The notes beneath the pieces are model-generated. The model had not been told where the DNA came from, searched no databases, and was given only the letters and a program-made list of their open reading frames with translations. The translations under genes and the position numbers were made by a program. From positions 5,208,001 through 5,272,000 of the forward strand of contig OX597828.1 in the NCBI GenBank assembly GCA_951406725.2: a stretch of DNA of 64,000 bases, in the 5' to 3' direction. Below, piece by piece: positions 12,557 through 26,123 of the stretch. This DNA comes from Octopus vulgaris. Lineage: Eukaryota. Position 1 is the stretch's first letter. Each line of letters begins with the position of its first letter.

Positions 12557-14409
12557 ATATTTTATGTTTTATCTTTTACTAGTTTCATTCCCTTTTACCT
12601 AACCGCTAAGTTAAAACTGACACCAACACTGGTTTTCAATCGCGGATGGAGGACAAACACATCCACAAAGACACACTCACAGATATATATATGCTTGAAA
12701 ATCGGAGATAAGGAACGGCGATCAGGTGTCTTCTCTAGAAATACTAGTGGTTTTATATGTTTTTTTCCATGAGCAGCCCTCGACCGTCTCCTCTCTATTG
12801 AGGAATACTCATTGTTAAACTGTTGTTACTACTTGTTTTTGTTAAAGGTATTTACACGCAAAGCCTTCACAATAACTTGACGCCAGCGCACGCACAAACA
12901 CACACATATTCCATGTTTTGTATTGTGCTATCCTTAATGTTCTTATTAATGTAAACCCTTTCTGATTAATAAACAAGGCGTCGTCATTATCATCATCTGT
13001 GCATGTCTGTATATTTATACGTGTATGTTGCATCTGCGTGCATGACCGTCTGTGTGTATGTGAATAGGTGTAAAACGAAAAGGGAGAAATAATAATGAAG
13101 AGACACACTACAGTAAACGTGCCATAGCTAGGAGAGACCTGTTTTAAATTAAAGAATCCACTTACTGGTTCATTTAATTACAATATGAAGATTAATGACA
13201 TAATTATACAATGAACATTAAAGGATAGAAACTTGGGTGTTATTTTCTATCAATAATAAGTGGAAATAGAAAACTACATAAGGCGTTAACAAGTAAAATA
13301 ACGATTTCAATGGAAATATATAATAAAGAGCATTTATTTGCCATTAGAAAAGAGGTTTTCATAATTAAGTGAAAGAAAACGAGTGTTTGGTGTTATTTCT
13401 TCTATTGGAGTTAGATAAATGAAAATGCATTTTACTTATAGGATATTAGTTTAAAAGGATCACGATGTAATTCTGATTCCGAAGATTTCTATATAAGTGA
13501 ATGATAAATGGTTTTAGTTTGTCAATTATTAATGAGTTGTCTTTAATGAAGATTAACTCTGTTGAAAATGAGAATTATAATCTTCCGAGGAAGGCAGTTT
13601 TTAAAAGTGTATATGACTATAATAAGCTTTAGTCTTTGTCAATTATTTTCAATGTATTATTATACTTAGGAAGAAATTGCACAGGTATAACAGAAATGAG
13701 CTCTCATCCAAATGACGTTTATGTTTCGATGCGTTTGCCGGAGTTTTTGTATGTCTAAGCCATACAATACAATGTAAACAGAAATTAAGCAGCCCTGTAG
13801 GATAATTACTTTCTAAACATATGTTTATGAATAGCAATATGGATGTTTGCTTACACTTTTCTTGCTTCTTTCAATGTTATCTCTTAGTGTAAGTGAAAAC
13901 AAAATTTAAATGTTATTTTGCATTGATTGTTCGTTGTACGCTCTTGATGTATATTAATATGCTAGCCTGAATGAAATTATTCTGAAACAACAAATAATGT
14001 CTTTTTATTGTTCATTCAGACTAAAAAGATTTTGATAATATTATTTCTTATTGATAATCTTGTAACGTTGCAGATTGTGATTTTCCCCCGTTTTTCAAAA
14101 AAAACATTAATGTTTTATTTTTCAGAGAACTATTTTTGTCATTATTCCATAACAAATAGAATAAATAACAATCGATTATGCTAGTAGGCAAACTGAAAAT
14201 ACGGAGGTAGATCAATATTTAATTCATATAATTTATAGCATTTCTATCGTAGCAGATACAAGGATTTATTAGTTTATTTACAAATGTATTCCATTAAAAT
14301 ATTCAATCCGAAAAATTCCTTAGACTGGACAGCCCTCAGCTTAAATGATGCACTGGGCCCTTTCCATTGCCAATCATGGCGACATTTGAACTTTAATAAA
14401 ATGTTTCTG

Positions 14410-14818
14410 TTATCTTTTACCTGATTCAGTCATTAGACGGTGAAAATGGTGTGGCACCGCGTTGGATTTTAAATTGAATCGATGGAGACCAGTGATTGTT
14501 TAAAGCTTAGCACTTATTCTATCGACTTCATTTGTCGAACCACTAGACTATTGGGACATACAGAGACCAACGCAGGTTATCAAGCGGTTGTGGTGTCAAC
14601 AACAAACACACACGCGCTTTCTATCTCTCTCTCTCACACACACACACATACACTCAACTAATCCACAATGAGCTTTTCTCAGTTTCCTTCTACAAATGCA
14701 TCAAGAAGACGTTGACTGTCCAGAGGTTATTGTAGTAGATAGTTGCTCAACCTGCACGCAATGGGATTGAACCCGCAGCCATAAGTTTCAGAGGTTTTTA
14801 CCAGTCTGCTATGCCTGT
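14410..14818 (-). mobile_element. SINE family B, old degenerate copy
   Basis: cacttattctatcg...gttatcaagcggt...cagtttcc...cacgcaatgggattgaaccc, colinear with family B. Confidence 0.7.
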
Positions 14819-15162
14819 ACATTTCGGAAATCTCTACAGTAATGTATCACCAATTTTTTTATAATTAGAGAAAATTTTGCAGGGTGGTGGTAATGGAGGT
14901 AAATATGTATGTACATAGATGAATCTGTCGAAAATCTTATTAGAAGTGCTCATGCGAAACATTTTCAACCTAAATTTAAGTATCCGTGGCAATAATCAGA
15001 AATCGTTATAAAATGTCATTAAATCGTGTATCTATGAAATAATTGGGTGGATTTTAAAAATGAGGCATTATTGCACACAACGAACTGTAGCATTAGTTTA
15101 TAGTTTTCCTTTCATCTAAACGTAATTTAACATAAATATCTATATACTGGTATGCTATACAA

Positions 15163-16490
15163 AGGAAACTTTTCGTCCACGTCTTTTGCTGCGGCATCTT
15201 TTTGTCCGATGATATTTTTTTCCAGCGACTTTTGTCAAATTTTAGATAAACTCTTTAGAAAACAAGGCGAAATATCTCTGATATATTCACAGAACTATAA
15301 CAAGCTTCGTTCTAAGATTGCTTTTATCGTTCCCTTTCGTTCTCTGTTAACAGTTTTATTTTCTCTGTTTCCTTCTCTCTTTTAAGTATGGAGCTGTGTA
15401 TAGAGAGTGCTGCAAATTTAGTGTACATATTTTCAGTCTACCCATCCCGATATAACAAGTACATAGTATTGACAAAAAACAAAAGAAGAGTAGTTGATGA
15501 AAGTCAATACATCTACGATTTTCATTCAAGCAATACAAAACTAGGAAAAGAATACTGGAAATGTGAGAAAAGAAGAAGGCTGTGTTCATTGCGGAAAACA
15601 ATAAGCCGAAAATTATTTTCTTGTGAGCACTTTCATCCAGCTGATGTAGATTCTTTAAATGCTAGAATAGCAGTTGCAGAAATAGAACATGTAGCGGTGG
15701 AAAACTTAGCAGCAAGTTCGCGTAGCATACTAGCGGCTAGGTTTACGCAGCTAACAGAAAATACTTGCTCACAACTTCCTTGTATGCCTGTATTTTCAAG
15801 GACTATTCAAAGGTTCCGACAAAAAAATATTCTGGATTTCCCGCTAATCCAGGGGCTAGAACTGGTTTTTGAAATACCTGAAGAATATTGTAAACTTGAT
15901 AATGGCGAACACTTTGTGAGGTACGTCGGGTATCGACAGGCAACTGCATACTAGTATTTGCATCAGAAAGTGCTCTTCAGGACATAGCATCATATCGTCA
16001 TTGGGGATGTGATGGAACTTCAAAATTGCGCCAGAACAGTGGTTTCCAACTCTTTTACTCTTTTACTTGTTTCAGTCATCTGACTGCGGCCATGCTGGAG
16101 CACCGCCTTTAGCCGAGAAAATCGACCCCGGGACTTATTCTTTGTAAGCCCAGTACTTATTATATCGGTCTCTTTTGCCGAACCGCTAAGTGACGGGGAC
16201 GTAAACACACCAGCATTGGTTGTCAAGCAATGCTAGGGGAACAAACACAGACACACAAACACACACATACACATACACACATATATATACATATATACGA
16301 CAGGCTTCTTTCAGTTTCCGTCTACCAAATCCACTCACAAGGCATTGGTCGGCCCGGGGCTATAGCAGAAGACACTTGCCCAAGATGCCACGCAGTGGGA
16401 CTGAACCCGAAACCATGTGGCTGGCTAGCAAGCTACTTACCACACAGCCACTCCTGCGCCTATGTTTTACATTCATGTATTGAAGGTAGC
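15163..16490 (+). mobile_element. Mutator-like (MULE) transposon relic with FLYWCH-like domain and first catalytic Asp motif, interrupted by a SINE
   Basis: ORF 15388-15954 has YIY...EYWKCEKR..C...HFH (FLYWCH-like), then FEIPEEY. It continues with LVFASESAL...HWGCDGT.KIAPEQWF.QL and resumes as FYIHV after the SINE. TTTT(C)GTCC-type subterminal repeats occur at 15168-15236. Confidence 0.8.
16049..16460 (-). mobile_element. SINE family B, full length and young
   Basis: Minus strand begins GGCGCAGGAGTGGCTGTGTGGTAAGTAGCTTGC (A-box), has B-box GGTTCAGTCCC, a central TA/TG tract and a (GAGTAAAA)n tail. Confidence 0.92.
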
Positions 16491-16635
16491 AGTTTAAGGT
16501 AGATCAAGTACTAGACTACATAATAAGTCCTTGGGTCGATTTGTTTGACAAAAAACACATCAACTCATGGCCGCAGACAAATGACAGAAATATGTAAAAG
16601 AATAAAAGAATACATACATACATTCATACATACAT

Positions 16636-16707
<72 letters not shown>

Positions 16708-16743
16708 CCGATATTCAACCAACTCTTCAAAAACTATATATAT

Positions 16744-17080
16744 GAAGGCGCATGGCTCAGTGGTTAGAGCATCGAGCTTACGATCGTGAGGTTGTGAGCT
16801 CGAATCCTGGACCGGGCTGCGTGTTGTGTTCTTGAGCAAGGCACTTTATTTCACGTTGCTCCAGTTCACTCAGCTGTAGAAATGAGTTGCGACGTCACTG
16901 GTGCCAAGCTGTATCGACCTTTGTCTTTCCCTTGGATAACATTGGTGGCGTGGAGAGGGAGGCTGGTATGCATGGGCGACTGCTGGTCTTCCATAAACAA
17001 CCTTGCCCGGACTTGTGTCTAGGAGGGTAACTTTCTAGGTGCAATCCCATGGTCAATCATGACCGAAGGGGGTCTTTACC

Positions 17081-17083
<3 letters not shown>
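16744..17083 (+). mobile_element. tRNA-derived SINE, family C
   Basis: gaaggcgcatggctcagtggttagagc (A-box)...gctcgaatcc (B-box), body ttgagcaaggcacttt, tail ctttacccttta. Confidence 0.9.
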
Positions 17084-17115
<32 letters not shown>

Positions 17116-17177
17116 GGTATTTATATATGTATGTATGTATGTATATCTCCCAGAAATGTATATAAAGCGCAGGAGAG

Positions 17178-18020
17178 CTTACTTACTTATTTCCCATCTT
17201 CAGTGTAGCATTTCAAATATAAATTTGAGAGTGCTAGGATTAAATATGTACTCGATCGAGCGCCATCTCATAACTGATATTTAACCAATACTTCGAAAAA
17301 TATACACCCAAATGTGAACACATATTCATCCTCAATACCCACGTGTGTGTCTGAAAGATCTTTTACGGTAGTAGAAAAGGAAGTTTAGCTCCTGTTTCTA
17401 AATTCGGTGCGTGGCGAAGCAATTAGCTGACCCCGAATTATAATTACGTTTGCAATTATAGAATATTTGTATAATTTTACCTACAATTATTATTTTAACG
17501 TACTGATCTACTTGGTAAACTTGATTACTAAATTGATTACTTAATTAGTTTTACCCTTTTATTATTAATATCGAAATCATAATTTACTTCTTGATTGAAA
17601 AGTGCAGTTTCTGCGAGATTTCCCGTAACACACACGTGGCAATTGAGGATCAATATGTGTTCACATTCAGCTGCATAGTTTTTGAAGTGTTGGTTGAATA
17701 TCGGTTATGCGATAGCGCTCGATCACGTGCATTTAATCCTAGAACTCTCAAATTTATATTTGAAATGCTGCATTGGCACTGAAGATGGGAAATAAGTAAG
17801 TAAATATAACATTACTTCAATCTCGAAACGCGTATGGAGCTAATCTGAGTCGTTTGGATTCGTTATTTTTTTCTTTTTGCCTATATAAAGAAGCGCATTA
17901 CTGTATGGGAGAGCTTTACATTTGTAGAAAAGGAATTTTAGCACATATTTCTAAATTCAGTGCGAGGCGAAGCAATTAGCTGATCCCCTAATTATAATTG
18001 TTTATAACTATAGAAATATT
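17178..18020 (+). mobile_element. Penelope-like terminal-repeat region with inverted and direct duplications
   Basis: 17180-17350 is an inverted copy of 17628-17803, and 17357-17468 is a direct copy of 17910-18020. Contains a hammerhead motif. Confidence 0.6.
17775..17838 (+). ncRNA. Type I hammerhead ribozyme motif with extended stem II
   Basis: CA-CTGAAGA-T-GGGA..AAGTAA..TTACTT..TCTC-GAAAC-GC-GTA-TG. Core and GUA triplet are intact; stem I is only about 2 bp. Confidence 0.6.
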
Positions 18021-18202
<182 letters not shown>

Positions 18203-18689
18203 CATACACATACTTTTCACAGAAATTGCTTATAGAATTTTTAGTATCACTGAAGTCATGACGAAAACATTATTTAAACAGACAACACTAATGGAGATTT
18301 TTTATTTTCTTCTATTCTTCTATTATTTCTTATTCTCCCGATGGCCGGTTGCAAGACTGTTCAGGAGCTAGCTTAGATAGTAGCACACTATGAAGTGTGG
18401 AATTCCATTGTTGCGGGTCAAAGATGGTGGCGTGCATGAAAAGCTAAGCATGCCACACTATGTCCAGAGACAATAAAAAGCTGTCACGCAGAGCTGATGA
18501 CTACGGGCTTTGTGAACAATGCAAGAATTGGCCCCCAACCATATCTCGATCAGCAGAGAACAGTGGTAAGAGGGCAGGAAATGTTTAATCACAGCTCGCA
18601 AGAATCAACACGTCAAGCAACTTATGAAAGTGGACTAACAAGACACAATACGTATGGCGTTGCATAAAAAATTGAATTTTAGTCCATGA

Positions 18690-19084
18690 AATCCTCATTA
18701 CGTGCAGGAGTACTGTGACCGCAGAAGTCCAGAAGTCCAGAACTCCAGAACTCCAAGAAGTCCAGATCGCCTTCCATGTGATTTTTACCTCTGGGGTTAC
18801 ACAAAAGAGGTGTACAAGACAAAACCTCGCATAGTGGAGGACTTGGTGACAAGGATTCAGAAGTTTCTCTGTGAAATCCCAGACGACGTCCTCCAGAAGG
18901 TTGTTCATTTCATCTCTGGCCGTTTGAGGAAACTGGTTGGCACCAGCAGTGCTTACGTTGAAATATGAAGATTTACTTTTATTTTCCCATGTAATAAATA
19001 ACATGTATCATTTGTTTCAATAAATTTGTGAAAGGAATAAGGATTTTATTACCAATTTTTAATGCCTACTTACTTTTCACCCAC

Positions 19085-19088
<4 letters not shown>
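18690..19088 (+). mobile_element. Tc1/mariner (Tc3-like) 3' fragment with right terminus
   Basis: PRSPDRLPCDFYLWGYTKEVY (SPDL.P.DF.LWG motif); ends ...cttttcacccactctg followed by TA. Confidence 0.85.
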
Positions 19089-19126
<38 letters not shown>

Positions 19127-20389
19127 GACTCAAGCTGTATTTAAAAAAATACTAATATTAAATAAATAAATAAAATAAAGACAGAAGCCTACACTTTGTT
19201 TAGTTGTTTTATCATATGCTTCAAATTATAATATGATTTGTTGGGACAATATCCTTTATAGTTATTCTTCTTTGCTAGTTTCTTAATTGTACCGTTTCAA
19301 GTTAATAGTTCAAAGTGGCGCAATATTAAACGAGTGTTCTTTTCAAGAAAAATCCAAATACCTTTTCCTTATTCAAATCTGTACATTATCCCGATTTTAT
19401 CTGCCTTGACAATAGGAAAACAAAGAGATATGAGGAAAGTGAAAGGGGAAGACGAGAAAATAAACGAAAGATATAAATAAAAGTGAGAGATAGGGAAAAT
19501 GAGATATCAAAAAAGAGAAGTAGAGAAGATGCGTGGAAACACGTTAACAAGAAGGAAACCAATTATAATTCTACAAAATAAACGATCATCACGTAATTAG
19601 AAATAGAAGGGCTTCTATATTATCGCATAAAACAAGAAAAACGTATATCGAAAAAATAAAATAAAAAACACAGATTAATTATAATTTCATGGTAATGAGT
19701 GTTCTTAGGAATGTGAACAAGGAGAATAAACGAAAAATGAAGGAAAACAATCATATGATTTTAAAGAAATTTGGCTAAATAAAGGAAAACAAAATTTCTA
19801 TTAGTTGTAAATGATTTTGCACATTCAAATCAAATATCAGAATTTTGTTCTAGTTCTTCAGCTCTATCATTCTGATTAAATTGTAGAAAACAATAGGTTT
19901 AGCACAAATACGTACGAAAGTTTTAAAATAATTGAAGTACAAAAAAGGAATGAATAGAATTAATTCGCTTAAATGTTAGTGAATATTTGGATTAAATAAT
20001 TACGAAAAACTACACTGAAACAAATAAACGATAAATTTGTTTTCCGAAGCTAGAGAGTGAATAGAATCAGAAACAAATGAAATAAATCAAAGAACGAAAA
20101 AGAAATCCATTTGAACTTAGAAATATTCGTGTGATGGCTGAAGAACTTTTACGGATTTAAATTGCTTGTAGAATTAATTTATGGATTTGAATTTAATCAC
20201 TACAAAAACAAAGTCAACTCGGTAACAGTAACAGCATGCTTATCGTCATTACAGTCATGGCCGACTACATTTGAAATTTTTCGAACATAAATAATGAATC
20301 ACATATACGCGTATATCTGTGTATATGTAATATTCATGTACACACGACTTTTACTGATATATTTTTGACAACTTGGCAAAAACACTTAT

Positions 20390-21830
20390 TTATTTGGAGT
20401 CAAACCTCACTAGAATGGTAAAACATTCTTCGTGGTACTTCATGGAGTCTTAATGCAAATCAATTCATAATAGGAGTCATGGTATCTAAATATGATACCT
20501 CAAAAATATTATAGTGTATTAGTTAAATCAACGTTAGCTTATATGCTGATGTATCATTGCATCTACATTATTGTTGTAATTATTGATGCAACCTATCCGG
20601 ATTCCGAAAGGCAAGTTTTTTTTTATTTAGTTTGGGACAATATGTTGTATTCGTATTCTCGAAATTGATGTACTTTGTATTCAGAAGGGAATATTTGTTT
20701 GTTCATGTCTACGGGCAAAAAATACGAGCAGAGATATTTCGGGAGATATTGCTGGAGCACGACACTAATCAAAGTAAGGAATTGGTATGACAAGCAGGTT
20801 TGAAGAATTTTGATTATCGTTGTTTGATTTCAATTTCAATCCCGATCCTTGATAAAATGTGGTCTAGCAAATATAATCCCGGTGCTTCTTCTGACTTCGA
20901 GTCAAGCAATCTTAATTAATATTTGCAGAAATTGGATTAATTGATTCCAGCAGTAGTAGATTTATACGAGAGGAAAAGTCCTATTTAAGAGATAAGAACC
21001 AATGGTACATACAACCTGCAATTTCACATACTATTCTGAATGATAGACTAAAGGAATTCTTTTTAGTGATAGATGAGGAAGAACATCATTTTTGCTGTAC
21101 ATCATCATGCGGATCAGCAATGAACAGAAGAAACTCTCATTTCCGGTTGACATGCGGAACAATCTTCACATGTTTCACTAACTCCTTGAAGAGAAAAGCC
21201 CCATATAAGGCAAGAAAGATGCGCATGGGTTTGTCTTCCGCAAGCTAGACATATGTGATAAAATCAGGAGATCCGAATCATGGAATTCTAACCCCGATAT
21301 CACATTATTTCTTACAAGCTATGCAGTTGCAATCCAAGAAAAAGCTACGAAATATCTCATGGCCAAATGGAAGAGTGAAGGCTTTTAAACAGAATGGGCT
21401 ATGTCCAAAGATATTACCGAGATATCACATGATATATGTGAAAATATATGCAATGACCATTTTGCATATATGTCTGCGCCTCTGCAATGGAATACATAAA
21501 TATCAGCACATGGAGTTTTGGCGCAGCTTTCACTTTAAATTTCTATGGAATGCAGGCCTAAAACACCTGACGTTGTTAGATAGGACAGAAAACTTGTCAA
21601 CAATCATAGAGGTTACAAGTCTTGTCAATATTGACATATCTTATAAAATGAACGAGAAAGCAGATATCTGTGGATAACTGCTTTGCAAAGTGAAACAATG
21701 GAATCCGGTTATGTTCATAAGTGTCCAGAAGCCATAATCTGAAGAAGCCAGTATTTTCAAAACAAAGAAAAGAAAAAGCCGGCTGAAAGGAACTTTACAG
21801 GTAAAATCAGAATGTAGGGCAGTAAGACAT
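20390..21830 (+). mobile_element. Highly degraded RLE non-LTR retrotransposon (second family)
   Basis: Frame-broken motifs QPIRIPKG (RT), AIQEKATKYL, CPKILPRYH (knuckle region) and LTLLDRTENLSTIIEVTSLVNIDISYKMNEKADICG (RLE PD..IIEV..K region). The 5' boundary is uncertain. Confidence 0.65.
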
Positions 21831-22910
21831 AGAGTTCGATATATATATACACACACATAGATATACATACATTACATACTGACACACATACACACATACA
21901 CCCACACAAACATATACACATCAAAGGTAGAATAGAAAAACTCAATAAACGGAAACCGTCAAATCACAACATGCGACATGCGGAACATATTTGATATACA
22001 TAGATACATATACACAACCCGAAAATGTAAGTAGTAGCATGCATTATGTATAGATGACCATATATTTATGTAGAGCTGAAATGTACGTTGAACTCGGCCG
22101 AAAAGTATTAACAATTCTCTGATATATGTAACCAGAAGAGTTAAACTTATGGGAATTCACAATGGCAATAATTATCAATAAGTAATACATCGCTTAATTT
22201 AATACTTTAAATACTAAAAGGTCTGCCGCAATTATGAACAAACACGGGCGTACTGTGACGTATGTACAACAAAAGAGGAATCACACTTGCACATACATAA
22301 TCTCTCTCTCCCTCTCTCTTCTTTCATGGCAATCACACGCACACACACACATACACATATACATACATACATACATACATACATACAAACAAAATATAGA
22401 CAGACATTGAAAGAGAAATACTGATATACGAACACGCATGTAAATACTGATATTAACAGATTATTACATATACAATTTTGTTTGAATGATGGATTCGTTT
22501 AGGCAAGCAAGTAGGTTAATACGTAATCGCTTGCTTCCAATTAAATGAAATTCTACGATTGCACAGTTTCATTAAATTCATATAGATATCTATATGAAAT
22601 AATTTCTCGTGGAATAACTCTAGAATTATATAAGCCAGATATTGCTTCATATATTTTGCTTCTCATTTTCATGACGGAAATTGTGAATAGTAAAATATAG
22701 GTTGTTGTTAATTCTAAGAATCCGTGCTCCACACTCAGCTCTAGGTGTTACACTTTAAAAGAAAATACACTGATACCTGAATGTAATTCTTATGTTACCC
22801 GAAAAAAAAGTTTTTCTGATTTTGATAATCAGTGAATAGACTTCACTGAAATTTAGATATATACATTACGAGTCGAGACAGATATCGTCAGCTGACCGGT
22901 GTCTGCTACT

Positions 22911-22953
22911 CTAGGCCGACGAAGGACAATCATCCTGAAACACGTGTCCCTAG
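22911..22953 (+). ncRNA. Minimal type I hammerhead ribozyme
   Basis: CTAGG-CCGACGA-AGGA(CAATCA)TCCT-GAAAC-ACGT-GTC-CCTAG: perfect 5-bp stem I, 4-bp stem II, palindromic stem III, GUC triplet and a U4C core variant. Confidence 0.8.
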
Positions 22954-24185
22954 ATGCAGCCCGGGCGGCTGGGGGTATTTGTCTCCCCTTCGTAAATGTA
23001 TATAAGGATACAGGAAAAATGTGTCAAAGCCATCAGGAGGCGTCAATGCTTCCTAGGGCTAAACAGCGGTAGTGTACCCCCCTACTGTCACGTTCGTGTT
23101 AGATTGACAGTATACAACCATTCTATCGCCCCACCACCGTACATGTCTCTACGAGAGATTTAGAAATTTAGTATTTCTGCGGTTATTTAATGTTTTCCGT
23201 AAACAGATGTGTTCAGCAACTTCAAATTTCCTAACAATGCTGATCATTGCAGTCATTAATTAATGTCTTTGACAGAATATTATTTGTAGCACTATAAACA
23301 TAGGTAATACTCCTAACAAGTGTTAAAAATATTTGCGAGACTTAAATGGAGCATCTAATGCCCAGTTAAATTGAAATTGTAAGTTCAAACGTAACACTGT
23401 ATTATAATGGTTTTCCTTACTACAGCGCAGCCCATCTTCTGTGATTATGAATGTGTATGAGTTAAGATTTTCCCTTTGATCTTGCCGTTGGTGAATTGCA
23501 GGCATTTTAGCCGACATATATTTTGATTAGCTGGTACTTTGAAGTGCCTGATTGTGCATCTACAGTGATGGAATGCATAGCGAAGAATATTTAAAGTTAA
23601 ACAAATATAGGTCTTAGGTATGAGGTTCTTTTTTATGCACTACACAAACTCTAAGATAAAACCTGTTGAGGGTACATATCATAGCGTTAAGACAATTGCA
23701 TATGAGAAGAGGTTAAAAACGCTCTTCTGCAGAAATGCTCGGCTTCTAATAGTGAATAACAGAAACAGTGGTGGTTTTGTTAACATTGCCGATGAAACAC
23801 ATACATATAATCTTTTATTTAGTCATGGACAGTTTATTCAGTTCGTTGATAAAGCACAAAAGCGGTGAAACATCGATGTCTATCGTTCTTGGATGGGATT
23901 TGGAGTGAGCTCCCCCGCTCGTCCATGACTTTCAGGTGTTTTAAGACACGACGCTTTGAGAGAGTCATCTCCACCGCGACATACGCAGCCTACCGACGAA
24001 CAAACAGCGTACTTACAATGAGCATGTGTTCGATAATATTTACGCTACTAGCACTGCTTCTAATTCATGTTTAAATATATTTACACACACATATACACAC
24101 ACACTCACAAACACACATTCACACACGCTCACACACACACACTCTCTCTCTCTCTCACACACAGATATATGTATATATATGTATG

Positions 24186-24218
<33 letters not shown>

Positions 24219-25146
24219 ATGTATATATATATACATACATACATATATACATATGTATATATGTATGTGTGTATATATGTGTGTGTATATATATATATAT
24301 GTATATATATATGTGTGTGTCTGTGTGTGTGTGTGTGGTGTGTATACTTTTAATCCATAATTTAAGCAAACAAAGCATATAATTGAATAAATGTTTCTCT
24401 GCTGATTGTCAAATACAGCAGCAGATATACCACGGGAACCAGGTATTGTCAAACATGTCTCACGTATATTAGATGCGAAGATATGTAACCTGTAGATAAA
24501 CATCCTTATCACTTAGAATGTATTTAGTAATCAAACGACAGCAATATCACGTTTCTTTTTACTTTTCCATTGTCAACACTGCTCATCCAGTATCGAAGGA
24601 TGAAAGAAACTTAGAAAAAATATTCTGGTTCACTGTAAATATGTTTAATACATTTAAACATATTTCGTTCCCATAAAGTAATATATTTCAGTACACACAA
24701 CAATATTGCTTTTATATAGATGATGCAATTGCCGGAAGATTACATCAAGAGCATTGGAAATATAAACTAGCATACCATGGTATGCCGTATCAATTCTGAA
24801 AATGATGCAAGAACATCTCGATATTACACATTATATTGACTGCATTTTACACATGATATTAGCATGAGATAGTCATTTCCAATACTTTTATCAAAATATT
24901 GGTTTGGTTTTATCGTTGAGAGAACATAACTGCTGAAATCATTCACTAAGCAACGTGATGAGAATAACAATCATAACACGGATGCACATTAGCATAAAAT
25001 CATAAATATAAACATACATAAACGGATATATACATATATGAATTATACATATATGCATGCATATTTGTGTACATCAAGAAAAATATTGATATAAATGTGC
25101 GTATATATGTGTTGTGTGTGTGAGTAGGAATGCATGCATATATACA

Positions 25147-25190
<44 letters not shown>

Positions 25191-25596
25191 CGCACAAGCA
25201 CACACACATATATATATATATTATGTATGTATGTATTTATGTATGTGTTTGTGCTTGTGCGTATATATATAGATAAATAGATAGATGAAAAGTTATAGAT
25301 ATAAATAACAACGTATATGCATACATATATACATAGACATACGCACGCGCGCGTGTGCATGTGTTTGTGTGTGTATAGCACTGATGCATAATATTCTGGA
25401 TTGGAAATGAATCATAAAACCAATATAAATACATGATGAGAACATATTAAGTAAGTTCCCCTTTGATATTCAAGAACATATTACTGAAACAATAGCATTT
25501 GGGGGGGGGAGGGGGTGTAGCACGAATCATTTAAGTGTTCATTCATTACAAACATTGGATATATTTACTTTAAATGTAACACAACTCCCCAGTTAA

Positions 25597-25650
25597 ACCT
25601 GAAGAAGGGAACTTCTGAAGTAATATGGTTCCTTGTAACTATTTCCTAGG
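25597..25650 (+). ncRNA. Degenerate hammerhead-like motif
   Basis: CTGAAGA-AGGGAAC(15 nt)GTTCCTT-GTAAC; GAAA is mutated to GTAA. Confidence 0.45.
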
Positions 25651-26051
25651 AATTAGGAAGGGATATATTCACCGAAATTGATACCGACATAAATTAATTT
25701 TGATCAACGTATGTTGTTCACTCTTAGGGGTATATTATGTTATATGGAAATAATTATACGAGTTTTAATAAATTATGTATATTTATAAACGCACATACAC
25801 AAACACACTCGTACACACATACACACACATACATGCACGCAAACACAGTCACACATACACGCATATATATGCAGATCACTTGATACATGTAGTAAATATG
25901 ACATCTAATAACGTCTATAAATGTCCGTTCCATCGACATTAAAAGGCACCGACAGCACACATATATACATACATACGTACTTATGTACATACATACAAAC
26001 AAACACCCACCCACACACATACATGCATACATACATACATATACACACACA

Positions 26052-26123
<72 letters not shown>

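Noticed and set aside
16744-16815. Possible tRNA gene
   Set aside because: The tRNA-like head continues into a SINE body and tail, with no closing acceptor stem or poly-T terminator.
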